Source of the DNA: an uncultured Gemmataceae bacterium
Lineage (GTDB): Bacteria; Planctomycetota; Planctomycetia; Gemmatales; Gemmataceae
Assembly (NCBI GenBank): GCA_963750165.1
Contig: CAVVPN010000004.1
Location: forward strand, 160,001 to 224,000
DNA length: 64,000 nucleotides
Direction of reading: 5' to 3'
Shown: piece by piece, positions 47,760 to 57,084 of the stretch
Layout of the letters: each line of letters starts with the position of its first letter
Position numbering within the stretch: the first letter of the stretch is position 1
The notes under the pieces: model-generated
What the model was told of the DNA's origin: nothing
The model's input: only the letters and a program-made list of their open reading frames with translations
Database searches by the model: none
Made by a program: the position numbers and the translations under genes

Positions 47760-50132
47760 GTGAGTACCATCGCGAAACGCCTCCGTCAAGCGCTACAGCA
47801 AATCGACCGCCCGGGCTCCTTCTGCGCCAGCGGCAGCGTCCCCGCCGTGCTGCCCGGACTGGAAGTGGCCAGCCTCGGCCCGGTCGGCCTGCCGCTCACC
47901 GCCGCACAGGCGAAGGCGCTCCGGAAGCAGTGCGAACCAGCCCCCTACGGCAAGGGCGAGGAAACGCTGGTCGATAAGTCCGTGCGCAACGTCTGGCGGC
48001 TGAAGCCGGAGCGCTTCACGCTGACGAACCCCGACTGGCAGCAGACGCTCGACCAGATCGTGCAGCGCGTGCAAGTGGAACTCGGCCTCGAACAGCAGCC
48101 ACTGGAGAGCCACCTGTACGACCTGCTGCTCTACGAGAAGGGCAGTTTCTTCCTGCCGCACCGCGACGGCGAGAAACTCGGCCGCATGGTGGCGACGCTG
48201 GTCGTCGTGCTGCCGTCGTCGTTCGCGGGCGGCGAGTTGGTGGTGCGCCACGACGACCAGGAACGGGCCATTGACTTCGGCGGCGGTGCGGACGACCGCC
48301 TGCGCATCCACTTCGCCGCCTTCTACGCCGACTGCGAACACGAGGTGCGCCCCCTGGAGAAGGGCCATCGGTTGTGCCTGGTGTACAACCTAACGCTGAA
48401 GAAAGGCAAAAAGGCCGTCGCCGCGCCGCGCAACGCGGCGGCCCTCACCGCCGTCACGGAGATCCTGTGCGGCTGGGCGGCAGCCGGGCCGCCGCGCAAA
48501 CTGGTCGTCACGCTGGACCACCAGTACACGCAGGACGGCCTGGTCCGGGACTCCCTCAAGGGCGTGGACCGTGCGCGGGCGGGCGTGCTCTTCCAGGCGG
48601 CCCAGCAGGCGGACTGTCATGCGTACCTGGCGACCCTGTCCCTGCACGAATCCGGGGCGGCGGAAGAGGACGGTTACGACGACTACGGCGGCTGGGGCTA
48701 CGAAGAAGAGGAGGACGTAGACGATGAGGAGGAAGACGAGGAAGAGGACGAGGACGTGCAATCCGGTCAATACAAGATGATCGAAGTGTACGACACCTCG
48801 CTGACCGCCGAGCACTGGAGCGACGCCGCGGGCAACCGGGTGCCGATCAGCGCGCTGCCCGTCGGGGAGGATGAATTGCTGGACCCGAAGGCGCTGCGGA
48901 AGGTGACCCCGGACGAGCAGTACGAGGGCTACACCGGCAACGAGGGCATGACCCTTGACCGCTGGTACCGGCACGCCGCGGTCGTGCTCTGGCCCAACCG
49001 CAATCACTTCGACGTGCTCTGCGACGCCGGCAGCGCCAGCGCCGTCCGGGTGCTGCAGCAGATGGAGGACCGGCTGTGGCTCGCCGACAAGCCGCAGGCC
49101 GCGGCGCTGCGGGCGGAGTGCGTCGCCTTCGCCGCCACCATCCTGACGCGGTGGCCGACGAGAACCTATGCCCACGACTTCGGCCCGCTGGGCAAGCCAG
49201 AGGAGCAGGCGCTGCCGCTGTTGCCGCTGCTGGCGCCGCTCGGCGAAGCGGCCCTGATCAAGAGCTACCTCGGCGGCGTCCTGATCCGGGACGTCACCGC
49301 CGACCCCGGCGACGCGCTGCCGGCCGTCTGCCAGCAATTCGGCTGGGAAACGCTGCGTCCGGAACTGGAGGGCCTGATCCAGCAGACGACGGCCGAGACC
49401 CTGGAGCGGAACGTCCGCGTGCTGGAGTCCCTTTGTCTGACCAAACCGCGCCGGCAGGCGGGCTGGGCGGACGCGTGCGCCGCCCTGGTGCGGGAAGCCG
49501 TCCAGGCGCTGGAGCGGGTGGATGAGGCGCGGGCGTCGAGCGATTACCGGGCGCGACCGGTGAAGCGCGAAGTCGTGCTCGCCGGCCTGGTCCGCGTGCT
49601 GCTCGCCACCGACCAGCCCGAGCTGCTGGCCCGCCTCGTCGGCCACGCGCTGGACCATCCGAAGCGCTACCCCCTGGCGACGCACGTCGCGGCGCTGACC
49701 GCCCTGGGGCCCTGGCTCAAGCAGCACGTCAAGCAACCCAGCCCGAGCCTGGTGCGTTGGCTGGACGCCTGCTGCGGCCAGCTGGAGGAACTGACCGCCA
49801 CGGCCCCGAAACCGCCCGCCGACTTCCGCCGGGCCGCAACCGTCAGTTGCAAGTGTGCGGACTGTGAAAAACTCAGGGAATTCCTGAAAGACCCGAACGA
49901 GCGCGTCTACCGCTTCGCCGCCAAGGAGGAGCGGCGCAGGCACCTCGAACACAACATCCGGCACGCCCATTGCGACCTGGACTGCACGACCGAGCGGAAG
50001 GGCTCGCCGCACACCCTCGTCTGCACCAAGAATGACGCCTCGTACCAGGCGAAGCTGAAGCAGTATCATGAACACCTGGAGCAACTGGCGGCGCTCGCGC
50101 CATCCGCGCCAGCCTCCCGACGGCCAGCGTGA
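47760..50132 (+). CDS. 2OG-Fe(II) oxygenase domain protein with long C-terminal region
   Basis: LLLYEKGSFFLPHRDGEK (HxD), GGELVV, FYADCEHEV (H), RLCLVYNL; acidic tract. A possible -1 indel near 50097 would extend it to overlap the miaB start. Confidence 0.85.
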   Translation: MSTIAKRLRQALQQIDRPGSFCASGSVPAVLPGLEVASLGPVGLPLTAAQAKALRKQCEPAPYGKGEETLVDKSVRNVWRLKPERFTLTNPDWQQTLDQIVQRVQVELGLEQQPLESHLYDLLLYEKGSFFLPHRDGEKLGRMVATLVVVLPSSFAGGELVVRHDDQERAIDFGGGADDRLRIHFAAFYADCEHEVRPLEKGHRLCLVYNLTLKKGKKAVAAPRNAAALTAVTEILCGWAAAGPPRKLVVTLDHQYTQDGLVRDSLKGVDRARAGVLFQAAQQADCHAYLATLSLHESGAAEEDGYDDYGGWGYEEEEDVDDEEEDEEEDEDVQSGQYKMIEVYDTSLTAEHWSDAAGNRVPISALPVGEDELLDPKALRKVTPDEQYEGYTGNEGMTLDRWYRHAAVVLWPNRNHFDVLCDAGSASAVRVLQQMEDRLWLADKPQAAALRAECVAFAATILTRWPTRTYAHDFGPLGKPEEQALPLLPLLAPLGEAALIKSYLGGVLIRDVTADPGDALPAVCQQFGWETLRPELEGLIQQTTAETLERNVRVLESLCLTKPRRQAGWADACAALVREAVQALERVDEARASSDYRARPVKREVVLAGLVRVLLATDQPELLARLVGHALDHPKRYPLATHVAALTALGPWLKQHVKQPSPSLVRWLDACCGQLEELTATAPKPPADFRRAATVSCKCADCEKLREFLKDPNERVYRFAAKEERRRHLEHNIRHAHCDLDCTTERKGSPHTLVCTKNDASYQAKLKQYHEHLEQLAALAPSAPASRRPA

Positions 50133-50142
50133 AGAAGGGACC

Positions 50143-51618
50143 ATGAGCAAGAAACTCTACATCGAAACCGTCGGCTGCCAGATGAACGTGCTCGACAGCG
50201 AGTTGGTCGTCGGCAGCCTGCGCCGCCAGGGCTACGAGCTGACCGCGACCGCCACCGCCGCGGACGTGATCCTGTTCAACACCTGCAGCGTCCGCCAGCA
50301 CGCCGAGGACAAGATTTACAGCGCCCTCGGCCGGCTGCGCGGCCACAAGCAGCGCCATCCCGAGAAGATCATCGGCGTGCTCGGCTGCATGGCCCAGAAG
50401 GACCAGGAACTCATCCGCAAGCGCGCCCCGCACGTGGACCTCATCTGCGGCACCGGCCAGCTGTCCCGGCTGCCCGAACTGATCGACGAGGCCCGCCGCA
50501 GTGGCAAACTGCAACTCGCGCTGAGCCTGGACCGCACCGAGGCCCGGCACGAGGTCGAACGCAGCTTCGAGAGCTACGACCCGCTGCGTGACCCGTCGAT
50601 GCGGCCGTCGCGCTTCCAGGCGTACGTGCGCATCATGATCGGCTGCGACAAGTTTTGCACCTACTGCATTGTGCCCAGCGTCCGCGGCCCGGAGCAGAGC
50701 CGCCATCCGCAGCACATCGCCGCCGAGGTCCGCCAACTCGCCGCCGAGGGCTGCAAGGAAATCACCCTGCTCGGCCAGACCGTCAACAGCTACCAGTACG
50801 ACCTCGGCGACGGCCGCAGGACGCGGCTGAGCGACCTGCTGGCGTTGATCCACGACACGGCCGGCATCGAGCGCATCAAGTTCATCACCAACTTCCCGCG
50901 CGACATGGGCGACGACCTGCTCGACGCCGTGCGCACACTGCCGAAGGTCTGCCCGTACCTGCACGTGCCGGCGCAGTCCGGCTGTAACGACATCCTGAAG
51001 CGGATGAAACGCCTCTACACGGTGGAATATTACCGCGATATGCTGGCCCGCTGCCGTGAGCGTGTGCCGGGCGTCGCGGTCAGCAGCGATTTCATCGTCG
51101 GCTTCAGCGGCGAGACGGAGGCGGCGTTCGAGCGCTCGTGCGAGTTGGTGCGTACCGCCGGGTTCAAGAACAGTTTCATCTTCAAGTACAGCCCTCGGCC
51201 AGGCACCCGGGGCCATGAGCTGTACCCCGATGACGTGCCCGAAGACGCGAAGAAGCGGCGCAACAACGACCTGCTGGCGCTGCAGAACGCTGTCAGCCTC
51301 GCGGACCATCGTGGCCGCGTCGGCCAGACTGTGGATGTGCTGGTCGAGGGCTTCAGCAAGAACGCCCTGAAACAGACCGACGCCGGGCCGCGGCAGCTCA
51401 CCGGCCGCGCCACGACGGACCACATTGTCGTCTTCGACGGCAACGAGCGCTTGATCGGGCAGACGGTGTCGGTTGAAATTGAGGAGGCCACCGCGTTCAC
51501 GCTGTTCGGCACGGTGGTCACGGGCGAGGTCATCGGCGCACCCGAGACGTGTGCCGCGCCCGTGCCGCCGGTTGCTCCCTCCCGCGCCGGCGGCCGCATC
51601 GAACTGCCGTTGGTCTGA
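50143..51618 (+). CDS. miaB: tRNA-2-methylthio-N6-dimethylallyladenosine synthase
   Basis: TVGCQMNVLDSE, NTCSVR, GCMAQ, radical SAM CDKFCTYC, C-terminal TRAM domain. Confidence 0.95.
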   Translation: MSKKLYIETVGCQMNVLDSELVVGSLRRQGYELTATATAADVILFNTCSVRQHAEDKIYSALGRLRGHKQRHPEKIIGVLGCMAQKDQELIRKRAPHVDLICGTGQLSRLPELIDEARRSGKLQLALSLDRTEARHEVERSFESYDPLRDPSMRPSRFQAYVRIMIGCDKFCTYCIVPSVRGPEQSRHPQHIAAEVRQLAAEGCKEITLLGQTVNSYQYDLGDGRRTRLSDLLALIHDTAGIERIKFITNFPRDMGDDLLDAVRTLPKVCPYLHVPAQSGCNDILKRMKRLYTVEYYRDMLARCRERVPGVAVSSDFIVGFSGETEAAFERSCELVRTAGFKNSFIFKYSPRPGTRGHELYPDDVPEDAKKRRNNDLLALQNAVSLADHRGRVGQTVDVLVEGFSKNALKQTDAGPRQLTGRATTDHIVVFDGNERLIGQTVSVEIEEATAFTLFGTVVTGEVIGAPETCAAPVPPVAPSRAGGRIELPLV

Positions 51619-51636
51619 TCGCCGTGGGAGGAATTG

Positions 51637-54600
51637 ATGCAGCTGGACGAACTGCGCCGCGGGCTGGAGTCGCCGGAGGAGGCGCGGCCGCTGCTCCACA
51701 CCTGGGGCCTGCGCGATTGCGACCAGGGCTGGCGGAACCTGCGCGACCTGGCGGCGGCCGTCGGCGTCGAGGCCGTCCGCGATCTGTGGCCGTCGCTGGC
51801 CCGGCTGCTGCCGCGCTGTCCCGACCCCGACATGGCGCTCACCAATCTCGAACGCTTCCTCGCCAACCTCGCCGCCGCACCGCAACTGCCCCAGCTGCTG
51901 GAGCCGCGCAGCCGCAGCCTCGACACCCTCCTGCAACTGTTCAGCACCAGCCAGTTCTTCAGCGACCTGCTGTACGCCAACCCCGATTACCTGGAGATGG
52001 TCCGCATCCCGCTGCGCAGCAGCCCGAGCCGATCCGAACTACTGGCCCAGCTGCAGGGCGAGGTGGACGCGGCCTACGAGGACTCGGCGGTGCTGCGTGC
52101 CTTCCGCCGCTTCCGTCAGCGGCACACGCTGCGCATCGGCACCAACGACATCATCCGCGACCGGCCGCTGGAGGAGGTCACGCGCGACATTTCGCGCGTC
52201 GCCGACACTGCCCTGGAGGTGGCGCTGACGACCGCGCTTCGGCACGTGACGCGCCGCTTCGGCACGCCGTTCACGCATGCCGGCCAGCCGGCACGGTGCG
52301 TCATCCTGGCGTTCGGCAAGCTCGGTGGCAAGGAGTTGAACTACAGCAGCGACATCGACCTGATGGTCCAGTACGACGACGAGGGCGAGACGCGGCCGTC
52401 GCGCGGCCACGGCCTCGGCAACGACGACTTCTTCGCGCGCGTCACCAGCGAGGTGGTGCGACTGCTGTCGGCGCACACGGATCGCGGTCAGGCGTACCGT
52501 GTCGATCTACGGCTGCGGCCCGAGGGGCAGCGCGGCCCACTGGCGCGGTCGCTGGCCAGCACGCTGTCGTACTACGACACGCTCGGCCGCACCTGGGAGC
52601 GGCAGGCGCTCATCAAGCTGCGGCCCGTCGCCGGCGACCTGCGGCTGGGCGAGGAGTTCTTGCAGGCCATTGAGCCGTTTGTCTACCGCAAATACCTCAG
52701 TTTCGCGGAGATCAATGAGATCAAGGCCATGAAGCGGCGCATCGAGCACAAGACGTATCGCGCTCCCCACCCTTCCCTCCCCCCTGAGGCGGGAGGGTCA
52801 GGGTGGGGGGATGTGAAGACCGGCCACGGCGGCATCCGCGACGTGGAGTTCACCATCCAGTTTTTGCAGTTGCTCAACGGCGGCGACCTGCCGGAGCTGC
52901 GCCAGCGCAACACCCTCAAGGCGATGCAAGCGCTGGAGGCGGCGGGCTGCCTGACCGACCAGGAATACCACATCCTGTACGACACCTACCGCTTCCTGCG
53001 CAAGGCCGAGCACCGGCTGCAGCTGATGTTCGACCTGCAAACGCACGCGCTGCCGGCGGGCGAAGAGGCAATGCGCAAGCTGGCGCTGCGCATGGGCTAC
53101 GGCGACAACGTGGGGCAGACATTCCTGTCTGCCGATGATCTGGCAGACAGGAATGTCTGCCCCACGGAGGCGGCCGCGCCGGCGGGGCCGCTGGCGCAGT
53201 TCCTGGCCGACTACCGCGAGAAGACCGACCTCAACCGCAAAATCCTCGACCACCTGCTGCACCAGACCTTCCAGGGCGAGGACGGCCAGGCGGAGCCGGA
53301 GTCGGATTTGATCCTCGACCCCAACCCCGAGCCCGAAACGATCCAGAGCGTCCTCGGCCGCTACCCCTTCCGCGATGTGCTCGGGGCGTACCACAACCTG
53401 ACGCAGCTGGCCCAGGAAACGGTGCCGTATCTGCCCACGCGCCGCTGCCGGCACTTCCTCGCCAGCATCGCGCCGGCCCTGTTGCGCATGCTCGCCGAGA
53501 CGCCCGACCCGGACATGGCCCTGATTAATCTGGAAAAAGTCACCGCGTCGCTCGGCGGCAAGGCGACGCTGTGGGAGTTGTTCAGCTTCAACCGGCCGAG
53601 CCTCAAGCTCTACGTCGATCTGTGCGCCTGGAGCCAGTTCCTGACCGAGACGCTCATCAACAACCCGGGCATGATCGACGAACTGCTCGACAGCCTGGTG
53701 CTCAACCAGCCGCGCACCTTCGACGAGCTGCGCGACGAACTGGCCGGCCTGTGCCGTGGCGCCGCCGATCTCGACCCGATCCTGCACAGCTTTCAGGACA
53801 AGGAACTGCTGCGCATCGGCGTCCGCGACATCCTCGGCAAGGACAGCATCCAGGCGACGACCGCGGCACTCAGCGACGTGGCCGAGACGATCCTGGTGCA
53901 ACTGGCGTCGCTGCAAACGGCCCCGCTGGCGCAGCGCTACGGCGTGCCGCACCTGGAGGACGGGCCCCGCGCCGGCCAGGTGGCGCGCTACGCGCTGCTC
54001 GGCCTGGGCAAGCTCGGCAGCCGTGAGATGAGCTACCAGAGCGACCTGGACCTGATCCTCGTCTACGAGGGCGATGGTCGCACACGGGCGCCGGCTGGGG
54101 CGTCGCGCTGGGACCGCTTCGAGTTGACGGACAATTTTCACTACTTCACGGAGCTGGCGCGGCGGATCATCAAGGCGTTGAGTTACCTGTCGCCGCTGGG
54201 CCGGCTGTACCAGGTGGACATGCGGCTGCGGCCGACGGGGAAGTCCGGCAGCCTGGTGCATCCGCTGACGGAGTTCACGCGCTACTACGAACAGGGGGGC
54301 GCCCAGCTGTGGGAGTTGCAGGCGCTGACGCGGGCGCGGGTGGTGTACGGCAGCGAGGAGTTCGGCCATGAGGTGATGGCGGCGGTGCAGCGGTCGGTGT
54401 ACGAACTGCCGTGGAGTGCCGAGCGGGCGGACCAGATGCGGGCCATGCGCGAGCGGCTGGAGGCCAGCGGCAGCCAGCGCGACCTGAAGCGCGGCTTCGG
54501 CGGCATCATTGACGTGGAGTTTCTGGTGCAGTTGTACCGCCTGAAGTACGGCGGCCGCCTGCCGGCGCTGCACAGCGGCAACACCTGGGAGACGCTGGAC

Positions 54601-54897
54601 GCGCTGCGGACGGCGGGCCTGGTCGCCGAGGACGAACACCGGACGCTGCGGAGTTGTTACGACTTCCTGCGGCTGACCGAGAGCCGGCTACGCATCGTCC
54701 ACAACCGGTCGCTGGACGAACTGCCGGAGCGGCCGGAGGACCTGGAGAAGCTGGCGCGGCGGCTGGGGTTCGAGGCGAAGGCGGAGGCCAGCGCCGCGGA
54801 GCAGTTCGTCCGTGAGTTGGAGCGGCAGACGGGGCAGTCGCGCGAACTATTCCTGAAGATTTTTGAGCGCGAGCGCGACGGCGAGCGAGGAACGTGA
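51637..54897 (+). CDS. glnE: Bifunctional glutamine synthetase adenylyltransferase/adenylyl-removing enzyme
   Basis: Two NTase halves: GKLGGKELNYSSDIDL..VDLRLRPEG and GKLGSREMSYQSDLDL..VDMRLRPTG; GGIRDVEF and GGIIDVEF. Confidence 0.95.
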   Translation: MQLDELRRGLESPEEARPLLHTWGLRDCDQGWRNLRDLAAAVGVEAVRDLWPSLARLLPRCPDPDMALTNLERFLANLAAAPQLPQLLEPRSRSLDTLLQLFSTSQFFSDLLYANPDYLEMVRIPLRSSPSRSELLAQLQGEVDAAYEDSAVLRAFRRFRQRHTLRIGTNDIIRDRPLEEVTRDISRVADTALEVALTTALRHVTRRFGTPFTHAGQPARCVILAFGKLGGKELNYSSDIDLMVQYDDEGETRPSRGHGLGNDDFFARVTSEVVRLLSAHTDRGQAYRVDLRLRPEGQRGPLARSLASTLSYYDTLGRTWERQALIKLRPVAGDLRLGEEFLQAIEPFVYRKYLSFAEINEIKAMKRRIEHKTYRAPHPSLPPEAGGSGWGDVKTGHGGIRDVEFTIQFLQLLNGGDLPELRQRNTLKAMQALEAAGCLTDQEYHILYDTYRFLRKAEHRLQLMFDLQTHALPAGEEAMRKLALRMGYGDNVGQTFLSADDLADRNVCPTEAAAPAGPLAQFLADYREKTDLNRKILDHLLHQTFQGEDGQAEPESDLILDPNPEPETIQSVLGRYPFRDVLGAYHNLTQLAQETVPYLPTRRCRHFLASIAPALLRMLAETPDPDMALINLEKVTASLGGKATLWELFSFNRPSLKLYVDLCAWSQFLTETLINNPGMIDELLDSLVLNQPRTFDELRDELAGLCRGAADLDPILHSFQDKELLRIGVRDILGKDSIQATTAALSDVAETILVQLASLQTAPLAQRYGVPHLEDGPRAGQVARYALLGLGKLGSREMSYQSDLDLILVYEGDGRTRAPAGASRWDRFELTDNFHYFTELARRIIKALSYLSPLGRLYQVDMRLRPTGKSGSLVHPLTEFTRYYEQGGAQLWELQALTRARVVYGSEEFGHEVMAAVQRSVYELPWSAERADQMRAMRERLEASGSQRDLKRGFGGIIDVEFLVQLYRLKYGGRLPALHSGNTWETLDALRTAGLVAEDEHRTLRSCYDFLRLTESRLRIVHNRSLDELPERPEDLEKLARRLGFEAKAEASAAEQFVRELERQTGQSRELFLKIFERERDGERGT
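52765..52808. repeat. Palindromic element translated in frame within glnE (PHPSLPPEAGGSGWG)
   Basis: CCCCACCCTTCCCTCCC...GGGAGGGTCAGGGTGGGG imperfect inverted repeat with atypical codons. Confidence 0.65.
53109..53166. repeat. REP doublet inserted in frame in glnE (VGQTFLSADDLADRNVCPT)
   Basis: 25-bp arms identical to the intergenic REP at 43555..43618. Confidence 0.9.
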
Positions 54898-55003
54898 GTC
54901 CCCGCTCCAGGGCGGCCAACCGTTTCACGAGCCCCCAACCGGACGCCTTTGCAGCTGGGCCTGAGAGACGCTGGGAGTCGCTGGCTGACTGCGGCTGTCT
55001 AAT

Positions 55004-55062
55004 CAAGGGGGCCAAGGAGGCCAAGGGGGCCAACTTTTTCACACGTCGAGAAGCGGCGCCCT
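55004..55062 (-). repeat. 59-bp dispersed element, copy 2
   Basis: Reverse complement of 35240..35298 with 2 mismatches. Confidence 0.85.
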
Positions 55063-55427
55063 GGGTTGTGCCGGGCGTTGCCGGTCAGGTTCGCCGCGGA
55101 TTGGTCCACGGCTGGTATTTTCTCCCGTCAGTGCCGACTCCCATGCCGCTGCCCGAATCAATCATTGACCTGCACGACCTGCACACGGTTCCGCGCGCCG
55201 TTTTGGAACGCCTGATCGCCGACGGAAAACGGGTCGGGCTCGCCCTTCGTGGACATGTTGAACCAGTGGCAGCCGCCGAGCAATCGGAACCCGATCATGC
55301 AGGCGTTCAATCCCTACGCCGGCCTGTAATTGAGAACGGCCCCCCCACGCGCTTTCGGCGAACGGGGCGACAGCCTCCCCGCTCGCCGAAAGCGCACGCA
55401 ATTCCTTCGTTAACCGTGTTATCCGTT

Positions 55428-57083
55428 TCATCCGTGGGTCGTTTGCTGCTCCTGACTTTGCGCCAGCGGGAAGCGCACGCGGAACGTCGCCCCGCGCAGC
55501 GGCTGCGACTCGATCTCCAGCCGTGCTCCGTGGTGGTCCAGGATCACCTGCACGAACGACAGCCCGAGCCCCATGCCCGCTGTCATGCCTTCGAACAGGG
55601 CGTTGTTGCGCTTCGTCGAAAAGTGCGTCTCCATGCAGCGCTGGCGGACTTCCTCCGTCATGCCAACGCCGTTGTCCGTCACCTCCAGCACTGCCAGGTC
55701 GCCCGCGCGCCGCGTCCGCACCGTGATCTCGCCCTTCCACGCCGCCGCCACGATCAGCGCCTGCTTCCGCATCGCCGCATCCGCCGCTCGCGCCTCGTCG
55801 CGCAGGTGCTTGCGCATCTCGAACGTCGCGTCCCGGGCGTTGAACAGCAGGTTCTCCAGTGCCTGTTGTAGATGCGAGGCGTCGCCCTCGATCCACAGCG
55901 GTTCGGGCGCCGGTTCCAGCCGCAGCGTCAGCTTCCACTTCTCGCCGGCCAGGAACTCCCAGCCGCGCAGCAGGTCGGCGCTGAGCTGATTCAGGTCGAG
56001 CCGCACCGCCTCCGAGCGGTTCGGATCGCGGCGCACCGTCTGCAATATTTGCTGCAACCGCTCGGTCACCGTGCCCAGCGTCTGCCGCACCTCGCGCAAC
56101 ATCGACTCCTCATCCCCGGGGATGTCCGCCCGGTCCAGGCAGCGGCCGAGCAGGTCGTTGGGCCGCACCAGCAGGTTCTTGATGTTGTGTGCGTACGAGC
56201 CGGCCATGATGCCGATGTTGGCGAACAACTGCGACTTTAACTCCAGCGCCGTGTGCTCGGCCTCCTGCTGCTTGCGCTCCGCCTCGCGGCGCTTCAGCTC
56301 CTCCTGCAGCCGTTGCTGCTCCGCCTCAATGACCTGCTGCCGCGCCGCCAGCCGCTGCCGCTCGCGCTCGCGCTGCTGTCGCTGCGCCAGGTAGAACCAG
56401 AACAGCGCCACCGTCGCGAACACCACCGCCAGCGCCCCCAGGCGGAAGCGGCGCTGCACGTCCTCGCGCTCCTTGTACTGCTGCGTGGCGTACACGCGCA
56501 GACGGTAGCGCACATCCACCCACGCCAGCGCGGTGCCGGTGGTGCGGTCCACCACCAGCGGCACGCCGGCGCTGCCGCGGCCGTCCGGGCGCGGCGGGCC
56601 GGCCAGTTCCTTGTACTGGCCGGGGTGCAGCGGCCGGCCCGAGTCCCACGTTACCGGCTCCAGCCCCAGGCGCTTGTCGAAATGCACCGTCATCTGATAA
56701 ATGACCGGGAACAACACCAGCCGGCCGGGGTAAATCTTCGTCAGCGGATCGCCCAGGGCCTTGAGATGCTCGGTCAACTCATCGCGCTTGTTCCGCAGCC
56801 GATTCTCGACCGCCCGCAGTGCCTCCTGGTCCTGCGGCTGCTGCCGCTGTAACTGCTCCTGGCGCTCACGCAATTGTGCATAGGATCCAGCCAGGTCCGG
56901 CAGCGTCTCGAAGACGGTCGCCTCGCGCAGCCACTCGCGCAGGGCCTCGCGGTCGAAGTGCTCCTCGCCGTACAGCCAGTACAGCACCGGCTCGCGCAGC
57001 GTGAAGACGGCCAGCACCAGCAGCACCACCGGCACCAGCAGCGGCCGGGCGAACTGCCACAGCGGTCGCACACGCAGACGCAT
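55428..57083 (-). CDS. Membrane sensor histidine kinase
   Basis: Two TMs around a periplasmic region, coiled coil, H-box AGSYAHNIKN, N-box LENLLFNARDA, DNGVGM, F-box HFSTK, GMGLGLS. Confidence 0.9.
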   Translation of the reverse strand: MRLRVRPLWQFARPLLVPVVLLVLAVFTLREPVLYWLYGEEHFDREALREWLREATVFETLPDLAGSYAQLRERQEQLQRQQPQDQEALRAVENRLRNKRDELTEHLKALGDPLTKIYPGRLVLFPVIYQMTVHFDKRLGLEPVTWDSGRPLHPGQYKELAGPPRPDGRGSAGVPLVVDRTTGTALAWVDVRYRLRVYATQQYKEREDVQRRFRLGALAVVFATVALFWFYLAQRQQRERERQRLAARQQVIEAEQQRLQEELKRREAERKQQEAEHTALELKSQLFANIGIMAGSYAHNIKNLLVRPNDLLGRCLDRADIPGDEESMLREVRQTLGTVTERLQQILQTVRRDPNRSEAVRLDLNQLSADLLRGWEFLAGEKWKLTLRLEPAPEPLWIEGDASHLQQALENLLFNARDATFEMRKHLRDEARAADAAMRKQALIVAAAWKGEITVRTRRAGDLAVLEVTDNGVGMTEEVRQRCMETHFSTKRNNALFEGMTAGMGLGLSFVQVILDHHGARLEIESQPLRGATFRVRFPLAQSQEQQTTHG

Positions 57084-57084
57084 C

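Noticed and set aside
49873..51936. Long minus-strand ORF (687 aa) and similar long antisense ORFs (e.g. 48390..50150, 52798..54639, 60536..62272)
   Set aside because: Shadows of well-supported genes, expected in high-GC DNA; no recognisable motifs.
54894..55427. ORFs in the glnE-kinase intergenic region
   Set aside because: Low coding-like codon bias, overlap with repeats and no recognisable motifs.
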